A stretch of 13,878 nucleotides of DNA, taken from assembly GCA_050261115.1 (NCBI GenBank), contig JBLNCY010000049.1, forward strand, positions 1 through 13,878, in the 5' to 3' direction. Each line of letters begins with the position of its first letter. Position 1 is the stretch's first letter. Below are positions 7,234 through 13,878 of the stretch, piece after piece. Both the position numbers and the translations under genes were made by a program. A model generated the notes under the pieces. It did not search any database. It saw nothing but the letters and a program-made list of their open reading frames with translations, and was not told the origin of the DNA. The stretch is from Methanocella sp. (lineage in GTDB: Archaea; Thermoproteota; Bathyarchaeia; Bathyarchaeales; Bathycorpusculaceae).

Positions 7234-9984
7234 ATGGTCACACGTTCGAGAACCAAATTTCTAGTAACAGTTATTATCGCTCTGTTGATAATTTCAAGTG
7301 CATATACGTTTGTTATTCCAAGCGTATATGCCGCAGAGTTAACGACGGAACAGAAAGGGTTGAGTGCTTTAACCAATGTAGTAGGTCTTGATTTAACAAA
7401 ATACGATGTTAAAACTCAAGGGAGCAATCAGTCCTTGCCATTTCTTGATGGAATTCTGCAGGAGAATGTTTTGTTCAACCTGACGTCTGAGAATAGTAAA
7501 TTGAGCATATTTTACACTTATACAAACGGTAATCTGCAAGGTCTATATGTGCTTGAAAACGAGGGTACACCTGTCTTAACTAAATCAACAGTGAGTATTA
7601 ATGCTGTTGAAAGTGCCAAAGACTTCTTAACAAACTACCAAACGTATTCCAATAAACAAGTTTTCGGAGAACTACAATCGACCCTTACCAATGTGGATGC
7701 TAGCAAAAACATTACAAAGACTATTGGCAACACAGTGCTCGAACAAACCGTTTACAATGACAGCCAAACGTATTTCAAATGGTACTACACCGCAAACGGT
7801 GCCATAGCCCCCTATACCAAGACTATTGCTATGGGTTTCAAGAATGGGTTCTTAACTTCATTTATCGATAATTGGGAACTCTATCCTGTTGGTAGCACTA
7901 ACGTCAATCTCTCTAAGGATCAAGCCGTGGCACTAGCACTCGATATTGCGAAAAATCACAATTGGACTATGCAGCTTGACCAAGATACCCTTGATCCTAT
8001 TAATTTTAATAAGGATAAAAGCGTCTCATGGATAACACTATCTTTTGATAATTCGATAGATGCAGATACTACTCGTAGTAAAAATTCTCTAGAGCTCTAT
8101 CCAGTTTGGAAAGTTGGGATTGTTCTCAATAAAGTCTACGGCGAACTATACGGATTAGAGGTAGACATTTGGGCAGACACCAAAGAACTAAGAAGTGTAG
8201 ATGAACAGTACTCGCAATTAGCCGCCCAGTGGCTACAGAATGTTACTGTGAGCGCCGATGCAAGCACAAAAAACAATCAAACACTCACTAATGGAATGCA
8301 AGTAAACTTGGCATTGATCGCATCAATAGCAGTCGCCATGACAGTTACAGGCCTTTGTACGGTTGCAATACTTAGGAAAAAGAGTCTAAAAATTAGCCAC
8401 CAACTAAAATCTCGCTCCCCAAGAGTATTGGGGCTCATTCTATGTTTTCTGACATTGTTGGTCATTTTCTTGCCTCTTGTGGAGAGTGCTAGTGCAAGTA
8501 ACGCTGGTATAATTTGGGGCTCAAGAAGCTCTGGTGCATCAAACAGTCCAGTTAGTTATATTTGGCGTAAAACAGATGGTGAAATTAACAGGCAATCCTA
8601 TGTTACAAGTTATATTGCAAGCAATTTCTTCACTGCTGCTAACGGTTATACTGGCTATAGTAATCATGGGGTAAATAAAGATGTCATTCTTTATCAGGCA
8701 GGCTACTTACGCGACAATTTTGACTATATGGCGGTCCTTGATTGGAATCACGGAGTCGGCGGCCGCCCACCACAGGCACCCAACGAAGACCATTACATGT
8801 TTGAAGACGATTGTGGTACAAAAATAGGTTCACCAAGCAACTTCTATACAGATCTTAGCCATGGAGTATACGATATGGAAATACATAACGTTATTCCACC
8901 AGCCAAAGCCCACTTTGTCTTTATCGATGCATGCCAATCAGCAAATCTTGACCGATTGGGTGAGGGATACCTCCCAAGCGGTAATGCAGTTGGGTTACCC
9001 TTTGCTTTTACCCACCGTATAGTCACTTACCTTCCAACAGGTACTCAGATGAGCGCAGATGGATACAGCTTTCCAGACGCTTTTCCACAATGCTACATAG
9101 GTTTCCCAATGGGTTCAGCCGCTTTAGACCAACATGTAGACTACAATCAAGATACAGAGAACTATGGAACGGGACCGTACTGGTATAACTGGATTCTTTT
9201 CTTCTACTACTTTGCGTTGGATTATGACATATCGGTGAAAGATGCTCTGGATTTGGCTTCATACCAAACATGGCAGTGCAATAATTTTGCGTCAAGTCCA
9301 TTAAGAGGTGCTGGATTTACAGCTGTATGGCCAATGTATGGATATAATTCTACATCACAGCGCTGGGAATGGATGGATACTGTAGGGTCTCAAAGTACTC
9401 TAGCGGTATATGGTAACGCTAACATTCATTTGAGAAACTTCTCCCCATCTGACATGCTAATTGGGCCAGATTTAAGCGGTCCAATACAAGGCGACCCGTA
9501 CCAATCATACACTTTTAGTGCGAAAGCAATTGATTCACATGGCCACCGAATCAAATATCTGTTTGACTGGGGGGATGGCACACAATCATGGACAGATGAT
9601 TATACTGCTAATGGCGTAATTGCCTCAAAATCTCACACATGGAATTCGGGAGGTACATATAGCGTTAAAGTTAAGGCACAATGCGAAAACGGTCAATGGA
9701 GCGGTTGGTCTAATACAATCAACATTGCAATAGGCACTTATTATTGGCTTACGGTAGATGCATACGATCAATATGGGCAATTCTTCACTGGTGTGCGTAT
9801 AGATGGCAATTACTATGGAACGCCTGTGTCAGTGTTGGTAAGTCCAGGTTCCCACAGTGTCTGGGCAGAGCCCTATCCAGGCTACTCATACCTAACAGGA
9901 TTCAGTGATGGCCTTGGCAACGGAGACTACAGACAAATCTACTCTGACACTCAAATAACCGCATACTATCAATCCTTCTGGTAA
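7234..9984 (+). CDS. Large exported/membrane protein: signal peptide, PepSY/YcdB-like ectodomain, TM helix, internal signal peptide, clan CD (gingipain/caspase-fold) protease-like domain, PKD domain, C-terminal beta domain
   Basis: ATG 7234 gives a clear signal peptide (MVTRSRTKFLVTVIIALLIISSAYTFVIPSVYA). Hydrophobic helices at about 8308-8373 and 8425-8481. Motifs AVLDWNHG (His codon 8749), HFVFIDACQS (Cys codon 8932) and LAVYGN. PKD signature YLFDWGDG...SHTWNSGGTYSVKV (about 9463-9732). Confidence 0.8.
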   Translation: MVTRSRTKFLVTVIIALLIISSAYTFVIPSVYAAELTTEQKGLSALTNVVGLDLTKYDVKTQGSNQSLPFLDGILQENVLFNLTSENSKLSIFYTYTNGNLQGLYVLENEGTPVLTKSTVSINAVESAKDFLTNYQTYSNKQVFGELQSTLTNVDASKNITKTIGNTVLEQTVYNDSQTYFKWYYTANGAIAPYTKTIAMGFKNGFLTSFIDNWELYPVGSTNVNLSKDQAVALALDIAKNHNWTMQLDQDTLDPINFNKDKSVSWITLSFDNSIDADTTRSKNSLELYPVWKVGIVLNKVYGELYGLEVDIWADTKELRSVDEQYSQLAAQWLQNVTVSADASTKNNQTLTNGMQVNLALIASIAVAMTVTGLCTVAILRKKSLKISHQLKSRSPRVLGLILCFLTLLVIFLPLVESASASNAGIIWGSRSSGASNSPVSYIWRKTDGEINRQSYVTSYIASNFFTAANGYTGYSNHGVNKDVILYQAGYLRDNFDYMAVLDWNHGVGGRPPQAPNEDHYMFEDDCGTKIGSPSNFYTDLSHGVYDMEIHNVIPPAKAHFVFIDACQSANLDRLGEGYLPSGNAVGLPFAFTHRIVTYLPTGTQMSADGYSFPDAFPQCYIGFPMGSAALDQHVDYNQDTENYGTGPYWYNWILFFYYFALDYDISVKDALDLASYQTWQCNNFASSPLRGAGFTAVWPMYGYNSTSQRWEWMDTVGSQSTLAVYGNANIHLRNFSPSDMLIGPDLSGPIQGDPYQSYTFSAKAIDSHGHRIKYLFDWGDGTQSWTDDYTANGVIASKSHTWNSGGTYSVKVKAQCENGQWSGWSNTINIAIGTYYWLTVDAYDQYGQFFTGVRIDGNYYGTPVSVLVSPGSHSVWAEPYPGYSYLTGFSDGLGNGDYRQIYSDTQITAYYQSFW

Positions 9985-10022
9985 GAACTAAATAAGATGG
10001 ACACGATAAGTGAGCTGAAAAA

Positions 10023-11438
10023 ATGAAGAAACAACTACTCTCACTTTTTATTCTAATTACCATCTTAACCACAACTGTACCTACTCTTGCCCAAACCACC
10101 AATACAGTAGAGGATTCTTGGAATACCAAGGCGTCAATGCAGCAGGCAAGGAGCGGCTTAGGCGTTATTGCAGTGGACAACAAAATCTACGCTATAGGCG
10201 GTGCTTTATCTGGTTTCAAGATTGTTGCGGGAACTAACGAGCAATATGATCCTGCTACAGATACTTGGGTTTACAAAGCTTCAATGCCTACGCCAAGAGC
10301 CTATTTCGCTATAGCAGCATATCAAAATAAAATATACTGCTTTGGAGGGGTGACCGGCGAGAGACTTGTCGATGAAAAGAGCGGATTCTACACTGCCATA
10401 TATTCGAATGCATTTGAGGTTTACGATACAGTCACAGATACTTGGACAACCAAGCCACCTATGCCTAAAGGCGGCGGAATGCATATTTCCGCCCAAGAAG
10501 TTAACGGAAAAATATACGTTATTAATCCACCTGACATTTACATTTACGATCTATCTAATGATAATTGGACAGAAAGAAAAAACCTGTCTCTGCCAGAATA
10601 CTCATCAGTTATCGGTAACAAAATCGTCGTAGCTGGAACCCATGATATTGGCTATTCACCCAGTAGCCCATACTTTGGCGGCATTCAATCGGTAGAGCAG
10701 GTCATAGTCTATGACCCTGAGGGTAACAATTTAACTCAAGGTGCTGATGCCTCAATAGGTGTAGACGCAGGAGCAATCGGTGCAACTGTTGGCATTAATG
10801 CACCTCAACGGGTTTATATAATGGGCGTGAAATCCGAAAAATCCCCCCCTATACCAGTCAATCTAGTCTATGATCTAAAAACTAATAATTGGACGACAGC
10901 CACAGCCATGCCATCAGTAAGAATCAATTTCGGCATTGCAATCGTAAATGATACTTTGTATGTTATAGGCGGGACGTTGTTGCCTTATTCTTATGACGAG
11001 ACAGGAAAATACGTTGAATATGGCACCTCAAGCGTTACAAATACCAATGAGCAATACATACCCATTGGATTCGGAACTATTTTACCAAGCCCAACTGCAA
11101 ATCCATCAGCGCCTTCCGATTCTGTGGACCAGTTTATTTCGACGGAATTCATTGCGATAATTGCAGCCATAGCGATAATTCTGTTGATAGTGACGCTCTT
11201 CATCTATAAAATGAAGAAAAACAATCAATTAGCCAAAATGCGTATGAACGGCTATCGGGTCGATATATTACAATTGATAAATAAGTGTAATCTTATGCTA
11301 AATTACCTTGGCCGCTGGGATTTGAGCCCATTGACAAACTCTAAATCAGCCTTTGCTCGCTCGATTTTCTTTAAAGCGTTCTTTCTTGAACGGGTTACGT
11401 TTGGCGTCTCCATCCTTAACTGTTTAGCTATTCGGTAG
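10023..11438 (+). CDS. Secreted, C-terminally anchored Kelch-repeat beta-propeller protein
   Basis: Signal peptide, then repeats such as W.TKASM...RSGLGV..VDNKIYAIGG, ASMPTPRAYFAIAAYQNKIYCFGG and AMPSVRINFGIAIVNDTLYVIGG. A Pro/Ser linker, the TM helix FIAIIAAIAIILLIVTLFIY and KMKK follow. The tail beyond about 11230 looks like read-through. Confidence 0.9.
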   Translation: MKKQLLSLFILITILTTTVPTLAQTTNTVEDSWNTKASMQQARSGLGVIAVDNKIYAIGGALSGFKIVAGTNEQYDPATDTWVYKASMPTPRAYFAIAAYQNKIYCFGGVTGERLVDEKSGFYTAIYSNAFEVYDTVTDTWTTKPPMPKGGGMHISAQEVNGKIYVINPPDIYIYDLSNDNWTERKNLSLPEYSSVIGNKIVVAGTHDIGYSPSSPYFGGIQSVEQVIVYDPEGNNLTQGADASIGVDAGAIGATVGINAPQRVYIMGVKSEKSPPIPVNLVYDLKTNNWTTATAMPSVRINFGIAIVNDTLYVIGGTLLPYSYDETGKYVEYGTSSVTNTNEQYIPIGFGTILPSPTANPSAPSDSVDQFISTEFIAIIAAIAIILLIVTLFIYKMKKNNQLAKMRMNGYRVDILQLINKCNLMLNYLGRWDLSPLTNSKSAFARSIFFKAFFLERVTFGVSILNCLAIR

Positions 11439-11497
11439 TCACTCAAACCCTCCTTATGCAACCGTAAAATCTGCCGTTCACGCTCAGTCAACGCCAA
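11303..11497 (-). CDS. Small LuxR/sigma70-region-4-type HTH protein, candidate late-gene regulator
   Basis: LTERERQILRLHKEGLSDYRIAKQLRMETPNVTRSRKNALKKI is a textbook HTH pattern. TTG start with a GGAG RBS inside the upstream gene. Confidence 0.8.
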   Translation of the reverse strand: MALTERERQILRLHKEGLSDYRIAKQLRMETPNVTRSRKNALKKIERAKADLEFVNGLKSQRPR

Positions 11498-11499
11498 AG

Positions 11500-12024
11500 T
11501 TAGGTCTCCTCTTCAGAAACACTATGTACTGTCACGCCTTCGACTAGCAAATCCTTCTTCGATGCTTTGTAGGCGTCTACGCCGAAGCTGGTCATAGCCC
11601 AGCACCAACCCCGCCGCTCAACAACCGCCGAATCCAACTCTTTAGCCAGACGCTTATTCATGCGAACAATCCGTCGGGTCACTTGATGGCGGACAATCTT
11701 GAATTCAGCCAGCTTGGCGGCTATGTCTTTAGGCAGTAGCCCGGGAGCGCCGGCTTCAAACAGCAGCTGAAGGATTGCCTTGTCGATCTCATCTTCGCAA
11801 GCTGCCTCTTCGATAAGCGACTTCTCAAAGTGCAGTGAGTCTTTTAGGCCAGCAAAGATAACGCGGAGTAGCAGTTTGATTTCGGCTACGTCTCGGTCGA
11901 GTTTCTTGTCCTTGGCAAGTAGGTACTTGAGTTTTCCAACCTTGTCAGCTTGGCTACGCTTCTTTTTCTCTGATTTTTGGGCTGAAAACGCCGTGTTTTG
12001 AACAGGTTCATCGCTTGTTTCCAT
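11500..12024 (-). CDS. Winged-helix DNA-binding protein with N-terminal basic/coiled-coil region
   Basis: ATG 12024 preceded by GGAGTG (ORF-track start 12060). C-terminal DEIDKAILQLLFEAG..GLLPKDIAAKL...RHQVTRRIVRMNK...W.MTSFG fits a wHTH fold. Confidence 0.7.
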   Translation of the reverse strand: METSDEPVQNTAFSAQKSEKKKRSQADKVGKLKYLLAKDKKLDRDVAEIKLLLRVIFAGLKDSLHFEKSLIEEAACEDEIDKAILQLLFEAGAPGLLPKDIAAKLAEFKIVRHQVTRRIVRMNKRLAKELDSAVVERRGWCWAMTSFGVDAYKASKKDLLVEGVTVHSVSEEET

Positions 12025-12119
12025 GTCAAAGTGCACACTCCAAGGTTTTCGTTCCATCAAAACAGGGTGAAATTGATACTTGGTAATCAGGACTAACTAA
12101 CCGTAGAAAATTGACTTGT

Positions 12120-12143
12120 AAAAAGCATGGACTTTTCCCATGC
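12120..12143 (-). terminator. Hairpin plus U-tract terminator-like element after the 325-aa wHTH gene
   Basis: Minus strand GCATGG-GAAAAGT-CCATGC-TTTTT. Confidence 0.5.
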
Positions 12144-12197
12144 CCTCGGCATACTGCTAAGATAGCTTTTGAACAGGTTTTCACTGCCAAAATCGGG

Positions 12198-13175
12198 CTA
12201 ACGAACATAGCTTTTGCCTCCATCCCCAAACTTAACCGCTTCTTTACCTGCATCATTGCCTTTTGCTAAACCCAAAGCTTCAGAGAGCAATCCTACAAGA
12301 CGTTCGTTAAGAGTCACCAGCCCACTGACCGTTTGAATAAGAACATTAACTTTTTCAGCTAACTCTACAAAAAGCTCTGGACTGCGAACAGCAGCAACCG
12401 CCAATTCTTTTCGGTTGTACTCAAAATGCCTTTGACGGTCCGGTGGGCTGTTATCTAAACCGCCCATGGCGCCGTCCTTTAGGTGAACCTTGAAGGTGCC
12501 AACGCCGTCCAATTCTTTGGCTTCTTCAGTGAAAACCTCCCAAACGGGAGCATGCAACGGCACACCTTCCTCGCTAAGAACCATGCCAAACCGAACCATC
12601 AACTCCAACCGCGCACGGCCAACAATCTGACCAGCAGTCACCAAAAGCGCATCCGCATCAAAATCCCGCAATTTACCAGGATGAATAATGATGCTCCGAC
12701 TAGTCTTAACTACGCGAACGTTTCCCAGCTTAAAGCCCCACTTAACCCAGTTCCGAGGCTCCCCAAGCTTTCTCCAATCGATAGGATGCTGCTTATCCTC
12801 TTCTTTGAGAATCTCAAACTTAACCGCATGATCCTCCAACACATGCACGCAACCAAAGTCTCCCTCACCCGTAGTGAAGTTTTTTGAACGCTCAAGGATT
12901 TTCTTTCCAAGAGGCGTTAACTCGTAGTATTTGACTATGCCATCGGCTAGCAGGCGCAGGCAGTCGGTCTTTAGGGCATGGTTTTTCCAGTGGGAAACTA
13001 GGCTTTTGGAGCAGCCTACGAGTTTGGCGGCGTCGCTTGCTGTGCAGTCAGGCGTACCTAAAACTCGCAGTATCCGTAAGCCGCGCTGTGAGAACCCTAA
13101 GAGTTCAATTTTGCCCTTGAACTGTTGAACTGGTTTACGGGAAACGGGTTCAACGGTTCGGTCAGTGTCAACCAA
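12198..13175 (-). CDS. N-terminal wHTH protein with uncharacterised beta-rich C-terminal domain and coiled coil; candidate replication initiator or regulator
   Basis: TTG 13175 after GAGGTGA (alternative GTG 13184). HTH TASDAAKLVGCSKSLVSHW and wing YELTPLGKKIL. The replication role is inference. Confidence 0.65.
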   Translation of the reverse strand: MVDTDRTVEPVSRKPVQQFKGKIELLGFSQRGLRILRVLGTPDCTASDAAKLVGCSKSLVSHWKNHALKTDCLRLLADGIVKYYELTPLGKKILERSKNFTTGEGDFGCVHVLEDHAVKFEILKEEDKQHPIDWRKLGEPRNWVKWGFKLGNVRVVKTSRSIIIHPGKLRDFDADALLVTAGQIVGRARLELMVRFGMVLSEEGVPLHAPVWEVFTEEAKELDGVGTFKVHLKDGAMGGLDNSPPDRQRHFEYNRKELAVAAVRSPELFVELAEKVNVLIQTVSGLVTLNERLVGLLSEALGLAKGNDAGKEAVKFGDGGKSYVR

Positions 13176-13180
13176 AAAAA

Positions 13181-13564
13181 TCACCTCAGCCTAGGGAGAA
13201 CGCTCTCCCTGATGTCTTGTCTTATGCCCTCGATTAAGTAGTCAAGTTCGGCTGGGCTTAGCAGTTGTATGGCGAAGTATTCGGCTATTGCTGCGTTTAG
13301 GGATTCGCGGTTTTCAGCGGTGTCTTTTATGCGAAAGAAAGCAGAGATACTATTAGGGAGGACTGGTGCCACCATGACTTCGAACTCTGCGTTTTTGGGT
13401 GTTCCTGGCGAAAAATACCAGTGCTCCATATACTGCCCAAAGCCGCAGTTAATGCTAAAGACAATCCATCGCTCATCAGTAAGCCAGTCAACCGCATCCA
13501 CCCTGCTAAAACCCAGCTCTATCTTACGCTTTTGAAAAGCGTCGGTTGGCTCGTATTTTCTCAA
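13181..13564 (-). CDS. Hypothetical protein (127 aa)
   Basis: GGAGG RBS, TTG start overlapping the upstream TGA, and stop within the next gene's RBS. No motif recognised. Confidence 0.65.
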   Translation of the reverse strand: MRKYEPTDAFQKRKIELGFSRVDAVDWLTDERWIVFSINCGFGQYMEHWYFSPGTPKNAEFEVMVAPVLPNSISAFFRIKDTAENRESLNAAIAEYFAIQLLSPAELDYLIEGIRQDIRESVLPRLR

Positions 13565-13695
13565 ACGTGAGCCTCCCTAGTATGCCCTCTGGGATGGAAC
13601 TTAGAGCAGGCATCGCTTGAAGCTATCCGGTTGATTGATTTCTTGCCCTTCAAGGTAGGCTCGGAGCAGCGTCCACACCAAAAAGTGCAATCCAT
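13561..13695 (-). CDS. Small Cys-rich putative zinc-binding protein; start uncertain
   Basis: The frame contains CMDCTFWCGRC...DACSKF, a common viral CxxC..C..C pattern, and its stop is coupled to the next start. The only ATG (13695) falls inside the CxxC, and the ORF-track start lies within the tRNA. Confidence 0.4.
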   Translation of the reverse strand: MDCTFWCGRCSEPTLKGKKSINRIASSDACSKFHPRGHTREAHV

Positions 13696-13755
13696 GCACT
13701 GAGGGACTTTAGGCGTTGGTTTTTTAGCGCCTAACGTAGGACCTTCTGTATGCTC

Positions 13756-13774
13756 AAAAAAAGAAAGGGGAGAA
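13756..13774 (-). terminator. Oligo-T terminator downstream of the tRNA
   Basis: Minus strand TTCTCCCCTTTCTTTTTTT starting about 22 nt after the CCA end. Confidence 0.55.
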
Positions 13775-13796
13775 CAGGATAAATTCGTGACAGATA

Positions 13797-13874
13797 TGGC
13801 GGGCCCGGTGGGATTTGAACCCACGATCTCCGGCTCCGAAGGCCGACACCTTAATCCGTGCTAGGCTACGACCC
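13797..13874 (-). tRNA. tRNA-Arg (anticodon TCG), CCA encoded; probable attachment site
   Basis: Minus strand: GGGTCG TA GCCT AGCACGGATTA AGGT G TCGGC CTTCGGA GCCGG AGATC GTGGG TTCAAAT CCCAC CGGGCCC G CCA. D, anticodon and T arms all pair; anticodon at 13837-13839. The 5' acceptor strand is one base short. Confidence 0.93.
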
Positions 13875-13878
13875 ACGT

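Larger units (their letters stand above)
7053..11300. repeat. 8-bp direct repeat TTATGCTA (7053-7060 and 11293-11300) bracketing the plus-strand cargo
   Basis: Exact copies read from the sequence. The right copy is 2 nt beyond the HTH gene stop and the left copy abuts the late control region. An AT-rich 8-mer match could be chance. Confidence 0.45.
11386..13158. repeat. Dispersed 11-bp motif TTGAAC(A/G/T)GGTT (iteron/operator-like)
   Basis: Copies at 11386-11396, 11998-12008, 12169-12179 and 13125-13135. The middle two extend to an identical 13-mer, TTTTGAACAGGTT. Degenerate copies at 13117, 13141 and 13149. Confidence 0.6.
183..13874 (-). mobile_element. Integrated archaeal head-tail virus or virus-derived element (HK97 lineage), tail module absent, adjacent to tRNA-Arg
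   Basis: Co-oriented, tightly packed protease, cement, MCP, portal, adaptor and TerL genes plus HTH regulators, starting just after a tRNA 3' end. The left boundary and any integrase lie outside the window. Confidence 0.85.

Noticed and set aside
6639-11203. ORFs 6639-6920, 7065-7376, 8277-8465, 8844-9026, 9023-9301, 9902-10183, 10281-10496, 10366-10632 and 10991-11203
   Set aside because: Antisense or out-of-frame overlaps of the protease and cargo genes, with no recognisable protein features.
7061-11292. Cargo as a TIR transposon or diversity-generating retroelement target
   Set aside because: The inner ends are not inverted repeats, and no transposase, reverse transcriptase or template/variable repeat pair was seen.
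11780-13535. ORFs 11780-12001, 12026-12256, 12483-12887, 12710-12910, 12931-13128 and 13269-13535
   Set aside because: They overlap better-supported coupled genes. ORF 12026-12256 also spans a terminator-like hairpin.
13735-13824. N-terminal extension of the 87-aa ORF (MGSNPTGPA...)
   Set aside because: It is the translated T-arm of the tRNA and its terminator, a common artefact.

Overview
The window is an archaeal head-tail (Caudoviricetes-type) provirus or virus-derived element, probably from a Bathyarchaeia-like host (inferred from GGAGG/GGTGA ribosome-binding sites, oligo-T terminators, tRNA style and a signal-peptide Kelch protein). It lies directly downstream of a tRNA-Arg(TCG) at the right edge. 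On the minus strand, an early block (small Cys-rich ORF, hypothetical protein, 325-aa wHTH protein, second wHTH protein, small LuxR/sigma-r4-like HTH) carries a repeated TTGAAC(A/G/T)GGTT motif. A late block follows: prohead protease, capsid cement protein, HK97-type major capsid protein, portal, holin-like protein, head-tail adaptor, and an 825-aa in-frame fusion. The fusion joins an alpha/alpha-toroid enzyme domain and a truncated head-closure-like domain to a terminase large subunit that starts exactly at its Walker A motif. No tail, small terminase or integrase gene is visible. Between the early and late blocks is an AT-richer, opposite-strand cargo of about 4.2 kb flanked by TTATGCTA repeats. 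It encodes a membrane polyprotein (PepSY-like ectodomain, TM helix, internal signal peptide, clan CD His-Cys protease-like domain, PKD) and a membrane-anchored Kelch protein. At the left edge a probable ISH6-like insertion sequence interrupts the last late-block gene. All calls come from motif reading by eye, with no database searches.
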